Part shown: positions 30,571-40,787 of the stretch, piece by piece
Numbering within the stretch: the first letter of the stretch is position 1
How the letters are laid out: the number at the start of each line of letters is the position of its first letter
Assembly (NCBI GenBank): GCA_052279835.1
Contig: CP181291.1
Coordinates: 3,744,001-3,808,000, forward strand
DNA from: Microcoleus sp.
GTDB taxonomy: Bacteria > Cyanobacteriota > Cyanobacteriia > Cyanobacteriales > Microcoleaceae
Direction of reading: 5' to 3'
DNA: 64,000 nt
Notes under the pieces: generated by a model
Told to the model about the DNA's origin: nothing
The model's input: only the letters and a program-made list of their open reading frames with translations
Databases searched by the model: none
Position numbers and translations under genes: made by a program

Positions 30571-31149
30571 CAATTATTAAAATACCCGGCGGTTGAAACC
30601 GCGGCTACACAGACGAAACCCGCCTGCGCGGGTTAGGATTTTCATGAATCAATTGCCGATTCCCGATTTACAATTAAAATACCCGGCGGTTGAAACCGCG
30701 GCTACACAGACGAAACCCGCCTGCGCGGGTTAAGATTTTCATGAATCAATTGCCGATTCCCGATTTACAATTAAAATACCCGGCGGTTGAAACCGCGGCT
30801 ACACAGACGAAACCCGCCTGCGCGGGTTAAGATTTTCATGAATCAATTGCCGATTCCCGATTTACAATTAAGATACCCGGCGGTTGAAACCGCGGCTACA
30901 CAGACAAAACCCGCCTGCGCGGGTTAAGATTTTCATGAATCAATTGCCGATTCCCGATTTACAATTAAGATACCCGGCGGTTGAAACCGCGGCTACACAG
31001 ACAAAACCCGCCTGCGCGGGTTAAGATTTTCATGAATCAATTGCCGATTCCCGATTTACAATTATTAAAATACCCGGCGGTTGAAACCGCGGCTACACAG
31101 ACAAAACCCGCCTGCGCGGGTTAAGATTTTCATGAATCAATTGCCGATT
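30571..31149 (+). repeat. Tandem array of six ~97-bp units, the last running into avd
   Basis: TACCCGGC recurs at 30583, 30680, 30777, 30874, 30971 and 31071; each unit has two hairpins and the first six avd codons. Confidence 0.95.
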
Positions 31150-31473
31150 ATTCAAAAAACCTATGACTTGATTAAATGGTATGTTCCCATTTTAAACAGA
31201 CTGCCAAGAGATTACAAGTTTACTCTAGGCAATAGAATTATTGAGGGAATGTACGATTTTCTAGAAGGCTTAATTATCGCCCGTTATGCCTCGGACAAAC
31301 TATCCCTGTTGACAACCTTAAATGCTAAACTAGATATCTTGCGCCATCAAACTAGATTGCTAGTAGATTTTGATGTCATGTCAACAGAACGTTACGAATA
31401 TGTCGGAAAATTATTCAATGAAATCGGCGCGGAACTTGGCGGCTGGATTAAACAGCAGCGACAAAAGAAATAA
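31132..31473 (+). CDS. avd: DGR accessory variability determinant (four-helix bundle)
   Basis: LPIIQKTYDLIKWYVPILNRLPRDYKFTLGNRI...NEIGAELGGWIK; located between TR and RT. Confidence 0.92.
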   Translation: MNQLPIIQKTYDLIKWYVPILNRLPRDYKFTLGNRIIEGMYDFLEGLIIARYASDKLSLLTTLNAKLDILRHQTRLLVDFDVMSTERYEYVGKLFNEIGAELGGWIKQQRQKK

Positions 31474-31497
31474 CATTAAAAATAATGGCATAAATCT

Positions 31498-31622
31498 TAG
31501 ATCCCCCTCGCATTTCCCACCTGCCCCTAGCCCCCCAAGGGGGGAAAAGGAACGGAAAAAAAAGGGGGACTTTGAGAAGATTCTTGTCCCCCCCTTATTA
31601 AGGGTGGCTAGGGGGGATCTAG
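31498..31622. repeat. Palindromic C/G-run dispersed repeat between avd and RT
   Basis: TAGATCCCCC...GGGGGATCTA ends with internal CCCCCCTTATTAAGGG; same family as the dapF insert. Confidence 0.6.
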
Positions 31623-31659
31623 CATTTGCAGCAAACATTAAAGCAATTGATATAAAGCC

Positions 31660-32718
31660 ATGAAGCGTTACGGTAATCTTTGGCAAAAAATTGTAGATTT
31701 TGGCAACTTGCTGTCAGCAGCAAAGCTAGCACAGCAAGGAAAAAGATTTCGCCCCAATGTCCTTGCTTTCAATTATAACCTAGAACGAGAACTGTTTAAA
31801 CTGAAAGAAGAACTAGAATCAAAAACTTATCTACCAGGCCCTTATAAAACCTTTGAAATTGTAGAACCAAAACGGCGGATGATATCGGCCGCACCTTATC
31901 GAGATAGAGTGGTTCACCACGCTTTGTGCAATATCGTAGTCCCCATTTTTTAACGCACTTTCATTCACGATTCCTATGCAAATCGCATCGGTTTTGGGAC
32001 TCACCGCGCTTTAAGGAAATTCACTGATTTTGCCCGTTCTAGTTCTTATGTTCTCCAGTGCGATATCAGAAAATATTTTCCAAGTATTGACCATGAAATT
32101 TTAAAGTTATTGGTAAGAAAAAAAATTAAATGTGCCGATACATTATGGTTGATTGATACAGTTATCGATAATAGCAACCCGCAGCAATCTGTGGTAGAAT
32201 ATTTCCCAGGAGATGATTTACTATCGCCACTGTCGAGACGTAGGGGTTTACCAATCGGCAATTTGTCGAGTCAGTTTTTTGCGAGTGTTTATCTCAATGG
32301 TTTTGACCATTTTGTTCTCGAACAGCTAAAAATTTCTAAATATGTCCGTTATGTGGATGATTTTGCCTTGTTTAGTGATGACCGTTTGCTACTGCAAGAT
32401 GCTAGATTGGCAGTAGAGGAATATTTGGTTAAGTTACGGGTGAAAATTCATCCGATTAAAAGTCAGTTATTTGAGACAAAGCAGGGAGCAACTTTTGTGG
32501 GGTTTCGGGTGTTTCCCGACACTATCCGTGTGAGACAAGAAAGTTTGCGTAGGGGCCGTCGTCGGTTGAGGCGCTTGCAAAGAGAGTACGCGAATGGTGA
32601 AATAGAGTTAGTACAATTTGCTCGATCGCTTCAAAGTTGGGTGGCGCATTTGCAACATGGCGACACTTGGAATTTGAGACAAACAATGTCGATTTGTGGG
32701 ATCAAAAATCAGGTTTGA
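31660..32718 (+). pseudogene. DGR reverse transcriptase with one in-frame TAA (31951-31953)
   Basis: Single frame throughout: [54 protein letters not shown]; 352 codons. Confidence 0.92.
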
Positions 32719-32767
32719 AGCAAATATTTGGAAAAAAATTCGATTTCTGAATTTTCGCACGAGGACT

Positions 32768-32859
32768 AATTCCCAATTCCCAATTCCCAATTCCCAATTC
32801 CCAATTCCCAATTCCCAATTCCCAATTCCCAATTACCAATTCCCAATTACCAATTACCA
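32768..32859 (-). repeat. Heptamer STRR array (AATTCCC)n
   Basis: Visible tandem array. Confidence 0.95.
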
Positions 32860-32896
32860 AACTATAATATAACTTTACACTTTTTTCATATAAGTT

Positions 32897-35212
32897 GTGC
32901 AAGAAGACTTCCGACTGATCGTTGACTTAGTTCTAGTTCTCGCTGCTGCCGCAGCAGGAGGACTGTTTGCATCGCTTTTGCGACAGCCGGTAATTCTGGG
33001 CTATCTCCTCGGAGGGATGGTAGTGGGGCCTGCTGGTTTAGGGCTGATTAAAGAATTAATTCAGGTAGAGACTTTAGCTGAATTCGGCGTTGCTTTTTTG
33101 TTGTTTGCCCTGGGAGTTGAATTTTCCTTCGCCGAACTACAGAAAGTTAAAGCAATTAGTCTCGGCGGTGGGACTTTACAAATTGTCCTCACCATCGCCA
33201 TTACTACTTTCACATCCTTGGCTGTAGGCTGGGTAGACTCACCAGCCCAAGGTGTGTTTTTAGGGGCCATTCTGTCCCTCTCCTCCACAGCAGTGGTACT
33301 GAAGTGCTTGATGGAACGGAATGAAGCGGGTACTTCCCACGGTCAAGTAATGCTGGGAATATTGGTGGTTCAAGATTTAGCCTTGGGGCTAATGCTAGCA
33401 GTTTTGCCCGCGCTCAACCAGCCTATCGAAACTATTGGCATCACTGTGGCGCTGGCTTTGCTGCGAATTAGTTTATTTGCTGCGGGCGCTGTGGTTGCGG
33501 GCATTTGGGTGATTCCTCGCTTGCTGCGCTACCTGGCTAAAACAGAAAGTCGGGAACTGTTTTTGCTGGGAGTTGTGGTTTTGGCTTTGGGGATTGCGCT
33601 GCTGACTGAATATTTGGGCTTTTCCATTGAAATGGGAGCTTTTGTGGCGGGTTTAATGATTTCTGAGGTGGAATATGCTGACCAAACTCTAACTTATGTC
33701 GAGCCTTTGCGAGATATTTTTGCATCCCTATTTTTTGTAACCATCGGAATGTTAATTGACCCGTTGTTTCTCTGGAACCATCTAGAGTTAATCCTGGGAT
33801 TGGTATTTTTAGTATTTGTTGGCAAATTCTCGATCGTAACGCCGATCGTCCGACTGTTTGGCTATCCACTAAAAACAGCATTAATCGCAGGTTTGGGTTT
33901 AGCTCAAATTGGAGAATTCTCCTTTGTGCTTGCCAGTTCGGGTCAAGCCTTGGGACTGGTTTCACGAAATGTTTACCTATTAATTTTGGGAACAACAGCA
34001 GTTACTTTGGTGCTGACACCGTTCGTATTGAGAAGCGTGCCACAGTTGTTGAAGTGGGCGGAAAACTTCGGGCCTTTGCAGCGCTATTTTGATTCCACAT
34101 CTCAACCTGTGGAAATAGCTGAAAGTTTGCCGGAACAAAATCATATTGTGATTTGTGGCTACGGGCGAGTTGGTAGAAATTTAGTCAAAATGCTGCAAAG
34201 TCGCAACTGTTCGGTGGTGGTAATTGATGAGTCGGAAAGCAGAATTCAAGAGTGTAGACTCCAGGGAATTCCCTATATTTATGGTAATGCTGCTAGCTTG
34301 CACGTCTTGGAAGCTGCGGGGGTGGAACGGGCAAAAGCAATGGCGGTGACGCTTCCCGATCCGATGAGCACTCGTTTGTGTCTCAAGCGAGCTTTAGAAT
34401 TAGTCCCTGATTTAGATATTGTGGTGCGAGCCAACAAAGATAAAGATATTGAATTGCTTTACCAACTGGGGGCTTGGGAAGTTGTGCAGCCGGAGTTTGA
34501 GGCTAGTTTGGAGCTTTCGTCCCATCTGCTGTCTGGTATTGGTTTGTCAGGCATTGCTATTAGCCGGGAAGTCCAGCAAATTCGCAGCAGTCGCTATCTG
34601 GAATTCCGAGCTTCACGAGGAAATGCTGCTATTTCGCGGGATTTGCAAGTGGCGGTTCGAGATATGAACAGTGGTTGGTACAACCTCCCAGAAGGTTCTC
34701 CCATCGCTAGCATGACTCTGGAGGAAACTAACTTGCGGCAGTTGACAGGGGTCAGTGTCATGGCGATCGTCCGTCAAGATGGCGAAGAAATTGACTATCC
34801 CAATGGTAAGACTGCTTTGGAGTCTGGCGATCGCCTTTTGGTAGTTGGCGAACCGGAAGAGCTTGTGAGTTTTGAGTTGCTGGCGAAGGGCGAAGCTGCT
34901 GTGCCCCAGGGGGATAGTTCTTGTCAGTGGCTGAGATTGCCAGCAAACAGTCCTTGGGTGGGCAAAAAACTCTCTGAGGTGGAGTTGCTGACTCAGTATG
35001 GGGTGGAGGTACGCGCCATCCGACGGGAAGGGAAATTTAGTCGCTGGCCCGATGGCAGTACGGATTTGCAAGAGGGCGATCGTTTGTTGTTGTGCGGAGG
35101 CTTCTACGAAATCGGCTTGATGCAGCGAACTGCTGCACCTGTGGTTCAGCCACCTGTGGTCAAACTGCCTTTTGTCACCGCTCAAGTTAGCGAAAAGCTG
35201 TTTAGTGATTAG
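32897..35212 (+). CDS. CPA2/Kef-type cation:proton antiporter with TrkA-N and TrkA-C domains
   Basis: [34 protein letters not shown]. Confidence 0.92.
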   Translation: MQEDFRLIVDLVLVLAAAAAGGLFASLLRQPVILGYLLGGMVVGPAGLGLIKELIQVETLAEFGVAFLLFALGVEFSFAELQKVKAISLGGGTLQIVLTIAITTFTSLAVGWVDSPAQGVFLGAILSLSSTAVVLKCLMERNEAGTSHGQVMLGILVVQDLALGLMLAVLPALNQPIETIGITVALALLRISLFAAGAVVAGIWVIPRLLRYLAKTESRELFLLGVVVLALGIALLTEYLGFSIEMGAFVAGLMISEVEYADQTLTYVEPLRDIFASLFFVTIGMLIDPLFLWNHLELILGLVFLVFVGKFSIVTPIVRLFGYPLKTALIAGLGLAQIGEFSFVLASSGQALGLVSRNVYLLILGTTAVTLVLTPFVLRSVPQLLKWAENFGPLQRYFDSTSQPVEIAESLPEQNHIVICGYGRVGRNLVKMLQSRNCSVVVIDESESRIQECRLQGIPYIYGNAASLHVLEAAGVERAKAMAVTLPDPMSTRLCLKRALELVPDLDIVVRANKDKDIELLYQLGAWEVVQPEFEASLELSSHLLSGIGLSGIAISREVQQIRSSRYLEFRASRGNAAISRDLQVAVRDMNSGWYNLPEGSPIASMTLEETNLRQLTGVSVMAIVRQDGEEIDYPNGKTALESGDRLLVVGEPEELVSFELLAKGEAAVPQGDSSCQWLRLPANSPWVGKKLSEVELLTQYGVEVRAIRREGKFSRWPDGSTDLQEGDRLLLCGGFYEIGLMQRTAAPVVQPPVVKLPFVTAQVSEKLFSD

Positions 35213-35299
35213 GGAATGGGGAATTGGGAATTGGGAATTGGGAATGGGGAATTGGGAATTGGGAATGGGGAATTGGGAATTGGGAATTGGGAATTGGGA
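35211..35299 (+). repeat. Heptamer STRR array (GGGAATT)n
   Basis: Visible tandem array. Confidence 0.93.
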
Positions 35300-35382
35300 T
35301 AATTCTCCCCCTCTCCGCCTCTCCCACTCTTCCCCTCTCCCACTCTTCCCCTCTCCCCCTCCCCCCATCTCCCCTTCTCCTC

Positions 35383-35595
35383 TCACCCGCTGGACTTGAT
35401 ATAAGCAATGGCTTGCCGCGAAACTAGAATTTGTTTTTCTGAATCATCAAGGAGGCAAAGACAGTTATTGTCTTGCCAAAAAATTTTACCCACTAGCACC
35501 TCGTTGGTCACGAGTTTTAGTTCTATCTGTTGTTTGTCTTTGATGTAGCTTTGTATTAGGCGAACGCTGGGCAATCCGGTCTCAAATTCAGACAT
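35383..35595 (-). CDS. hfq: Cyanobacterial Hfq (Sm-fold)
   Basis: [15 protein letters not shown]...GKIFWQD...RQAIAYI; divergent from dapF. Confidence 0.88.
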   Translation of the reverse strand: MSEFETGLPSVRLIQSYIKDKQQIELKLVTNEVLVGKIFWQDNNCLCLLDDSEKQILVSRQAIAYIKSSG

Positions 35596-35711
35596 ACTAG
35601 GAAATGGGTTATTTGGTCATTAGTCATTAGTCATTAGTTATTAGTCAAAGGACGAATGACTAATCACTTTAGAAGTCTATCAAGTAATCAGTTTTAACCA
35701 AAAGGGGTTTT

Positions 35712-36695
35712 ATGCCGATCGAGTTTACGAAGTATCATGGACTGGGCAATGATTTTATTCTGATTGACAACCGCCAGTCCTCAGAACCTGTGGTGACACC
35801 AGAACAAGCTGTGGTATTGTGCGATCGACATTTCGGGATCGGTGCAGATGGTGTCATCTTTGCTCTTCCTGGGCAAAATGGCACTGACTATACGATGCGG
35901 ATTTTTAACTCCGACGGTTCGGAACCAGAAATGTGTGGTAATGGGATTCGCTGTTTGGCTAAGTTTATCGCCGATTTGGAAGGAGTGGAAATTTACCCCC
36001 CCCAACCCCCCCTTACTAAGGGGGGGAGTGAATCTCAATCTCGTCTTAGTCAGGGGGCGAGTGAATCTCAATCTCGTCTTAGTCAGGGGGAGAGTGAATC
36101 TCAATCTCGTCTTAGTCAGGGGGAGAGTGAATCTAAGACGCAGTACCGCATCCACACTCTGGCGGGTGTGATTAGCCCGGAATTGCGATCGGACGGTCAG
36201 GTTAAGGTGGATATGGGAGTTCCTCGCTTGCTGGCGTCGGAAATTCCAACAACTTTGGCGGCACCAGATGCCAAAGTGATAGATGTGCCTCTAGCAGTGG
36301 CCGATCGATCTTGGTCTGTTACTTGTGTCAGCATGGGTAATCCTCATTGCATTACTTTTGTGGAGGATGTTTCGGCTGTTAGTTTGGAAACTGTGGGCCC
36401 TCAATTTGAACACCACCCAGCATTCCCACAACGTACAAATACGGAATTTATTCAAGTGATACATTCCGACTATGTAAAAATGCGGGTGTGGGAAAGAGGC
36501 GCAGGTGTTACTCTAGCTTGTGGAACTGGTGCTTGTGCTGCTGTGGTGGCTGGGGTATTGACTGGTAAGTGCGATCGAACTACTTCTGTTGAACTCCCAG
36601 GTGGCGTTTTGCAAATCGAATGGTCAGAAGTCTCAGGGCGGATTTACATGACTGGGCCGGCACAGCGAGTATTTACGGGCTTGATTAGTCAATAG
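35712..36695 (+). CDS. dapF: Diaminopimelate epimerase carrying an in-frame repeat insertion
   Basis: [34 protein letters not shown]. Confidence 0.95.
   Translation: MPIEFTKYHGLGNDFILIDNRQSSEPVVTPEQAVVLCDRHFGIGADGVIFALPGQNGTDYTMRIFNSDGSEPEMCGNGIRCLAKFIADLEGVEIYPPQPPLTKGGSESQSRLSQGASESQSRLSQGESESQSRLSQGESESKTQYRIHTLAGVISPELRSDGQVKVDMGVPRLLASEIPTTLAAPDAKVIDVPLAVADRSWSVTCVSMGNPHCITFVEDVSAVSLETVGPQFEHHPAFPQRTNTEFIQVIHSDYVKMRVWERGAGVTLACGTGACAAVVAGVLTGKCDRTTSVELPGGVLQIEWSEVSGRIYMTGPAQRVFTGLISQ
36027..36134 (+). repeat. 3.3 x 33-bp in-frame tandem repeat within dapF
   Basis: AGTGAATCTCAATCTCGTCTTAGTCAGGGGG(A/C)G at 36027, 36060 and 36093. Confidence 0.93.
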
Positions 36696-36785
36696 TGTGT
36701 TAACAGTTGACGGTTAACCGTGGATAGTTAACTGTTAACTGTTTGTTCAAAAATCTCAAATGTAAAATTAATTAGGTGAGCGTGC

Positions 36786-37928
36786 ATGGCTGGAGGTATT
36801 TATCTGATTCAGGATGACGACAGGCTGCTGGAAATGATGGAACAGCCCTATGATTCAGAAGATCAGTTACAAGACTTGCTTGTAACTTATCCTAATCTGA
36901 TTGCTGGAGACCAAATAGATCGGGCTACAGCGCGGAAATGGTTGTTGATTTCGCGCGAAGTTTCAGTGCCCAGCGATGAGGAAACAGCCGTGCAGTGGTC
37001 TCTGGATCATTTGTTTATCGACCAAAATGCAGTGCCTACTTTGGTGGATGTTAGACGCACTCCTAATGCTGCTCTCCGCCAACAAGTTTTAGGTCAGTCG
37101 ATCGACTATGCTGCTAATGCTGTAGTTTATTGGCCCATAGATTCAATCATTGCTTTTTTTGAAGCTAATTGTCGCGATCGGGGTCGCGATCCAGAACAGA
37201 TTTTTGAGGAATTTCTCGGTGCGGATGCAAATGAAGATCGGTTTTGGCAGAAGGTGAAAACTAATTTACAAGCTGGTAAAATCCGTTTGGTTTTTGTAGC
37301 TGAGGAGATTTCTGCTGAAATGCGCCGGGTAGTGGAATTTCTCAACGAACAAATGGACCCGGTTGAAGTTTTTGCCCTGGAAATTAAGCAATATGTAAGT
37401 GAAGATGGTCTCAGAACTTTGGTTCCGAGAATCATCGGTCAGACAGCAGAAGCACAGCAGAAAAAATCGAGTGCAACGCGGGAAAGAAGACGCTGGGATG
37501 AATCGTCATTTTTTGCAGAACTGAAGGCTAGACGGGGCGCAGAAGAGGCGCAAATGGCCAAAGAAATTTATGTTTGGGTGAAAAATCAAGCACCGGAAAT
37601 GGATATTCAGTGGGGTACGGGGGACACCTATGGAGGCTTTGCGGCTCACTTACATCTAAAAGCAAAAAAACCCTATCAGTTGTTTACGGTTAATATTGCT
37701 GGAAAAATGGAGATTTCGGCTCACAATTACGGTTCGCAGCGGCCGTTTAATCGGGAGGAAAAGTGGCTGGAACTGAGGAATAAGTTTAGTTCGATCGGGC
37801 TGTCGCTACCTACAGAACCTGGTGAGGTGCGATCGCCTAGTCTTGCTTTGTTTACTTTACAAGATGAATCAGACCTCAACCAAGTTATCGAAATTTTTGA
37901 TTGGGTGGTTGCAGAAATTAAAAGCTAA
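36786..37928 (+). CDS. Hypothetical protein with PD-(D/E)XK endonuclease-like N-terminal domain
   Basis: SEDQLQDLL, SREV, SLDHLFID...PTLVDVRR...GQSIDYA pattern. Confidence 0.6.
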   Translation: MAGGIYLIQDDDRLLEMMEQPYDSEDQLQDLLVTYPNLIAGDQIDRATARKWLLISREVSVPSDEETAVQWSLDHLFIDQNAVPTLVDVRRTPNAALRQQVLGQSIDYAANAVVYWPIDSIIAFFEANCRDRGRDPEQIFEEFLGADANEDRFWQKVKTNLQAGKIRLVFVAEEISAEMRRVVEFLNEQMDPVEVFALEIKQYVSEDGLRTLVPRIIGQTAEAQQKKSSATRERRRWDESSFFAELKARRGAEEAQMAKEIYVWVKNQAPEMDIQWGTGDTYGGFAAHLHLKAKKPYQLFTVNIAGKMEISAHNYGSQRPFNREEKWLELRNKFSSIGLSLPTEPGEVRSPSLALFTLQDESDLNQVIEIFDWVVAEIKS

Positions 37929-38090
37929 TAGTTATTAGTTATTGGTCATTAGAGAACCCCCCCCTGCCCCCCCCTAGGGGGGAGAACATTGGGCATTAGG
38001 GAACCCCCCCTGCCCCCCCCCTAGGGGGGAAGAAATTGGGCATTATCACTAATAACCAATAACCAATAACTAATAACCAATAACTAATAA

Positions 38091-39272
38091 CTAATATCGA
38101 ATGTTTGCTTCTTTCATGCGACGCAGGGCTTCTCCCAGGCGATCGCAATCGGCAATCAAACTAACTCTGACATATCCTTCGCCACCAGGTCCAAAAGCAT
38201 TACCAGGAGTCACTACAACACCAGTTTGCTGCAAAACATTCAGGGCAAAATCCGTGGAGTTCATGCCGCGAGTACAAGGAACCCAAAGATACATTGCAGC
38301 CAAAGGTTTAGGAATATTCCACCCCAATTCTGCCAATCCTGCCACCATAAAATCCCGGCGAATGCTATAACGATTCTGCACTTCTTGCAAGTAACTATCG
38401 GGCAATTGCAGTGCGGTTTCTGCGGCGGTTTGCAATGCGGAGAATATACCGTAATCTAGGTTAGTTTTTAATGTCCGCAAACCTTGGATAATCTTGCTAT
38501 TTCCTACTACAAAACCGACTCTCCATCCAGCCATATTGTAGGTTTTTGACATCGTGTGAAATTCGACACCGATTTCTTTGCCGCCGGGAATTTCTAATAA
38601 ACTTGTGGGTTGATAGCCGTCAAAGGCTAATTCGGCATAACATAAGTCATGAACTAGCAATATTTGATGTTTGTGCGCGAAGGCCACAACGTCTTTGAAA
38701 AATTCGCGGGGTGCTGTTGCTCCAGTCGGATTACTGGGATAATTGAAATAGAGTATTTTGGCTTGTTGCGCTACGCTGTCGGGAATGTCGGCTAAGTCAA
38801 TTACCCAGTCGTTTTCTGGTTTGAGGATAATGTTGTGAACTTTTGCGCCGGCGATAATCGGGCCGCGAAATAATACGGGATAAGCAGGACTTGGTACTAA
38901 TATTACATCGCCTGGATTGATGTAGGTCATCGCAAAGTGCGCTAAACCTTCTTTGGAACCCAATAAAGGTAATGCTTCGCTTTCTGGATCTAGTTCAACG
39001 TTGTAGCGGCGGCTGTACCATTTGGTAATGGTACGGCGAAAACTCGTTGTTCCTTCAAAGGGTGGATAGCCATGATTTGCTGGATTTTGGATGGCTGCGA
39101 CGGCGGCATCTACTACTGGCTGGGGAGTCGCACCGTCTGGGTTTCCCATTCCCAAGTCTATTAAGTCTAGTCCTTGTTCGCGGGCACGGGCTTTGAGTTC
39201 GTCGAGACGGGCAAATACATAGGGTGGCAGTGTTTGCAACCTGTCAGCAGGGCTAATCCAATCCAAGGTCAT
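38091..39272 (-). CDS. Class I PLP-dependent aminotransferase (aspartate / LL-DAP aminotransferase-like)
   Basis: GSKEG, NYPSNPTG, DLCY, SKTYNMAGWRVG. Confidence 0.92.
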   Translation of the reverse strand: MTLDWISPADRLQTLPPYVFARLDELKARAREQGLDLIDLGMGNPDGATPQPVVDAAVAAIQNPANHGYPPFEGTTSFRRTITKWYSRRYNVELDPESEALPLLGSKEGLAHFAMTYINPGDVILVPSPAYPVLFRGPIIAGAKVHNIILKPENDWVIDLADIPDSVAQQAKILYFNYPSNPTGATAPREFFKDVVAFAHKHQILLVHDLCYAELAFDGYQPTSLLEIPGGKEIGVEFHTMSKTYNMAGWRVGFVVGNSKIIQGLRTLKTNLDYGIFSALQTAAETALQLPDSYLQEVQNRYSIRRDFMVAGLAELGWNIPKPLAAMYLWVPCTRGMNSTDFALNVLQQTGVVVTPGNAFGPGGEGYVRVSLIADCDRLGEALRRMKEANIRY

Positions 39273-39455
39273 TAGTTTGTTATCAGTTGTTAGTGTTAGT
39301 TGTTTGTGGTCAAAACTGTACTATTTAAAAGTTTAGTCGATCGAGGACTATAATCCTGACTACTAACCCTTGTCATTTTTCTGGGTTGGTAGTGAGGACT
39401 TTAGTTCTCAAAGGTTTACTTGATGGAGGAGTAAAGTCTTGACTTTTGAAGGCTG

Positions 39456-40658
39456 TTAATTCTTGACTTTTAATTCTCCCACAGGTGCGGTGGTAGAAAC
39501 CATCGCTGCCATTAATTGTTCGGGAACTACTTTGAACGGTAGTCTGTGGATGTCGGAGTTGGGATTGCAAGCTATTTCGGCGGAGCGCTGCAATTCTGTT
39601 AGGCTAATGTCTCCAAGTCCTAGACTGTCTAAAGTTTGGGGTAATCCAATCTCGCCGTAGAATTTTAACAGTTGTTGTCTGGCTGTGGCCGCCAGTTGAT
39701 TGTTTTGCAGCATTTCTTCTAGTCGCAGTTGGACTAAAATGCCGTAGGCAACTTTTTCGCCGTGCAATGTTCCGTGACTTGCTAATAGATGAGTTAGGCC
39801 GTTGTGGACGGCGTGGGCGGCGACGGTGCGACATTGAGCACCCCCTATTCCGCCAATTACTCCTGCTAATAATACAACGGCATCTGTAACTTCTTGCCAG
39901 GTTTCGCTACCGGGTTCTTGGAGGGCGATCGCCGATTTTTGAAATAGGATATCTCGCAAGATTCTAGCTTGTTGAACTGCCGAAACGATCATGGTTTGTT
40001 CGGAGTGTCCGCTGCTGACTGAGGCTTCGTACCATTTGGCGATCGCATCTCCAATTCCTGCTACTAATGTCCGCTGGGGGGCGGTTTGAATCAAGTCGTA
40101 GTCTAGTATCAATAAATCTGGACATCTGGCTAATGTAACATCGTATTGGAATGCACCTTGTTCTGAATAGATGTTAGAAAGGGCTGTCCAAGCGGCGCAG
40201 GTGGCGGCCGAGGTGGGAATTGTGGCGATCGGGATTTGGGACTGATAGGCTAGGAGTTTGGCTGCATCTAAGGCCTTGCCGCCACCAACGCCGATGATGA
40301 AATCGGCTTTATGGGTGTCGGCTGCTTCACGCAGGTGTGCCAAACTCATTTCGCTGCAATCATTGCCGTATGATGTTTCGGCCGATTCTAACTGCTGCTG
40401 TTCGAGGATTGGTTGCAGGTAGGGTTTGGCGGCGGCCTGGGAGTTGCTACCGCCGACGATTAGGGGGCGTTTTCCGAGACGGGCGATCGCCTCTCGCGAT
40501 CGGGCAAGGGCATTTTGACCCCGCAATACACAAGCGGGGGCAATTGTCAAGGATAATAGTGATGTGTCGGTTTTGGTTGAGGTAGAGGTTTGAGTCATTG
40601 AGCTGGGAGCGTAGTGACGAGTTGTGGAATTAGTAGACTTATAGGATAACTCTAACAA
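39456..40658 (-). CDS. Iron-containing alcohol / glycerol dehydrogenase family protein
   Basis: GVGGGKALDAAK, PTSAATCA, AHAVHNGL, HGEKVAYG. Confidence 0.9.
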   Translation of the reverse strand: MLELSYKSTNSTTRHYAPSSMTQTSTSTKTDTSLLSLTIAPACVLRGQNALARSREAIARLGKRPLIVGGSNSQAAAKPYLQPILEQQQLESAETSYGNDCSEMSLAHLREAADTHKADFIIGVGGGKALDAAKLLAYQSQIPIATIPTSAATCAAWTALSNIYSEQGAFQYDVTLARCPDLLILDYDLIQTAPQRTLVAGIGDAIAKWYEASVSSGHSEQTMIVSAVQQARILRDILFQKSAIALQEPGSETWQEVTDAVVLLAGVIGGIGGAQCRTVAAHAVHNGLTHLLASHGTLHGEKVAYGILVQLRLEEMLQNNQLAATARQQLLKFYGEIGLPQTLDSLGLGDISLTELQRSAEIACNPNSDIHRLPFKVVPEQLMAAMVSTTAPVGELKVKN

Positions 40659-40787
40659 GGCTTTGGCAACAGGATCAGTTTTCTCCAGTTTTTGTTAAGT
40701 ATTGTGCGGGGTTGGAAGATGGGAAAGGGATTTGATGGGCGATCGGTATGATAAATTTACAATATAGGCAATTTAAAGGATAAGGCA

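Noticed and set aside
31081..31131. ORF-track start of avd
   Set aside because: It lies in the repeat unit; the Avd-like sequence begins at ATG 31132.
30571..31149. CRISPR array
   Set aside because: Units are near-identical along their whole length with no unique spacers, and no cas genes are present.
31660..32718. Group II intron or retron RT
   Set aside because: Short RT with the GNLSSQ motif, no maturase/HNH extension, and adjacent avd and TR/VR.
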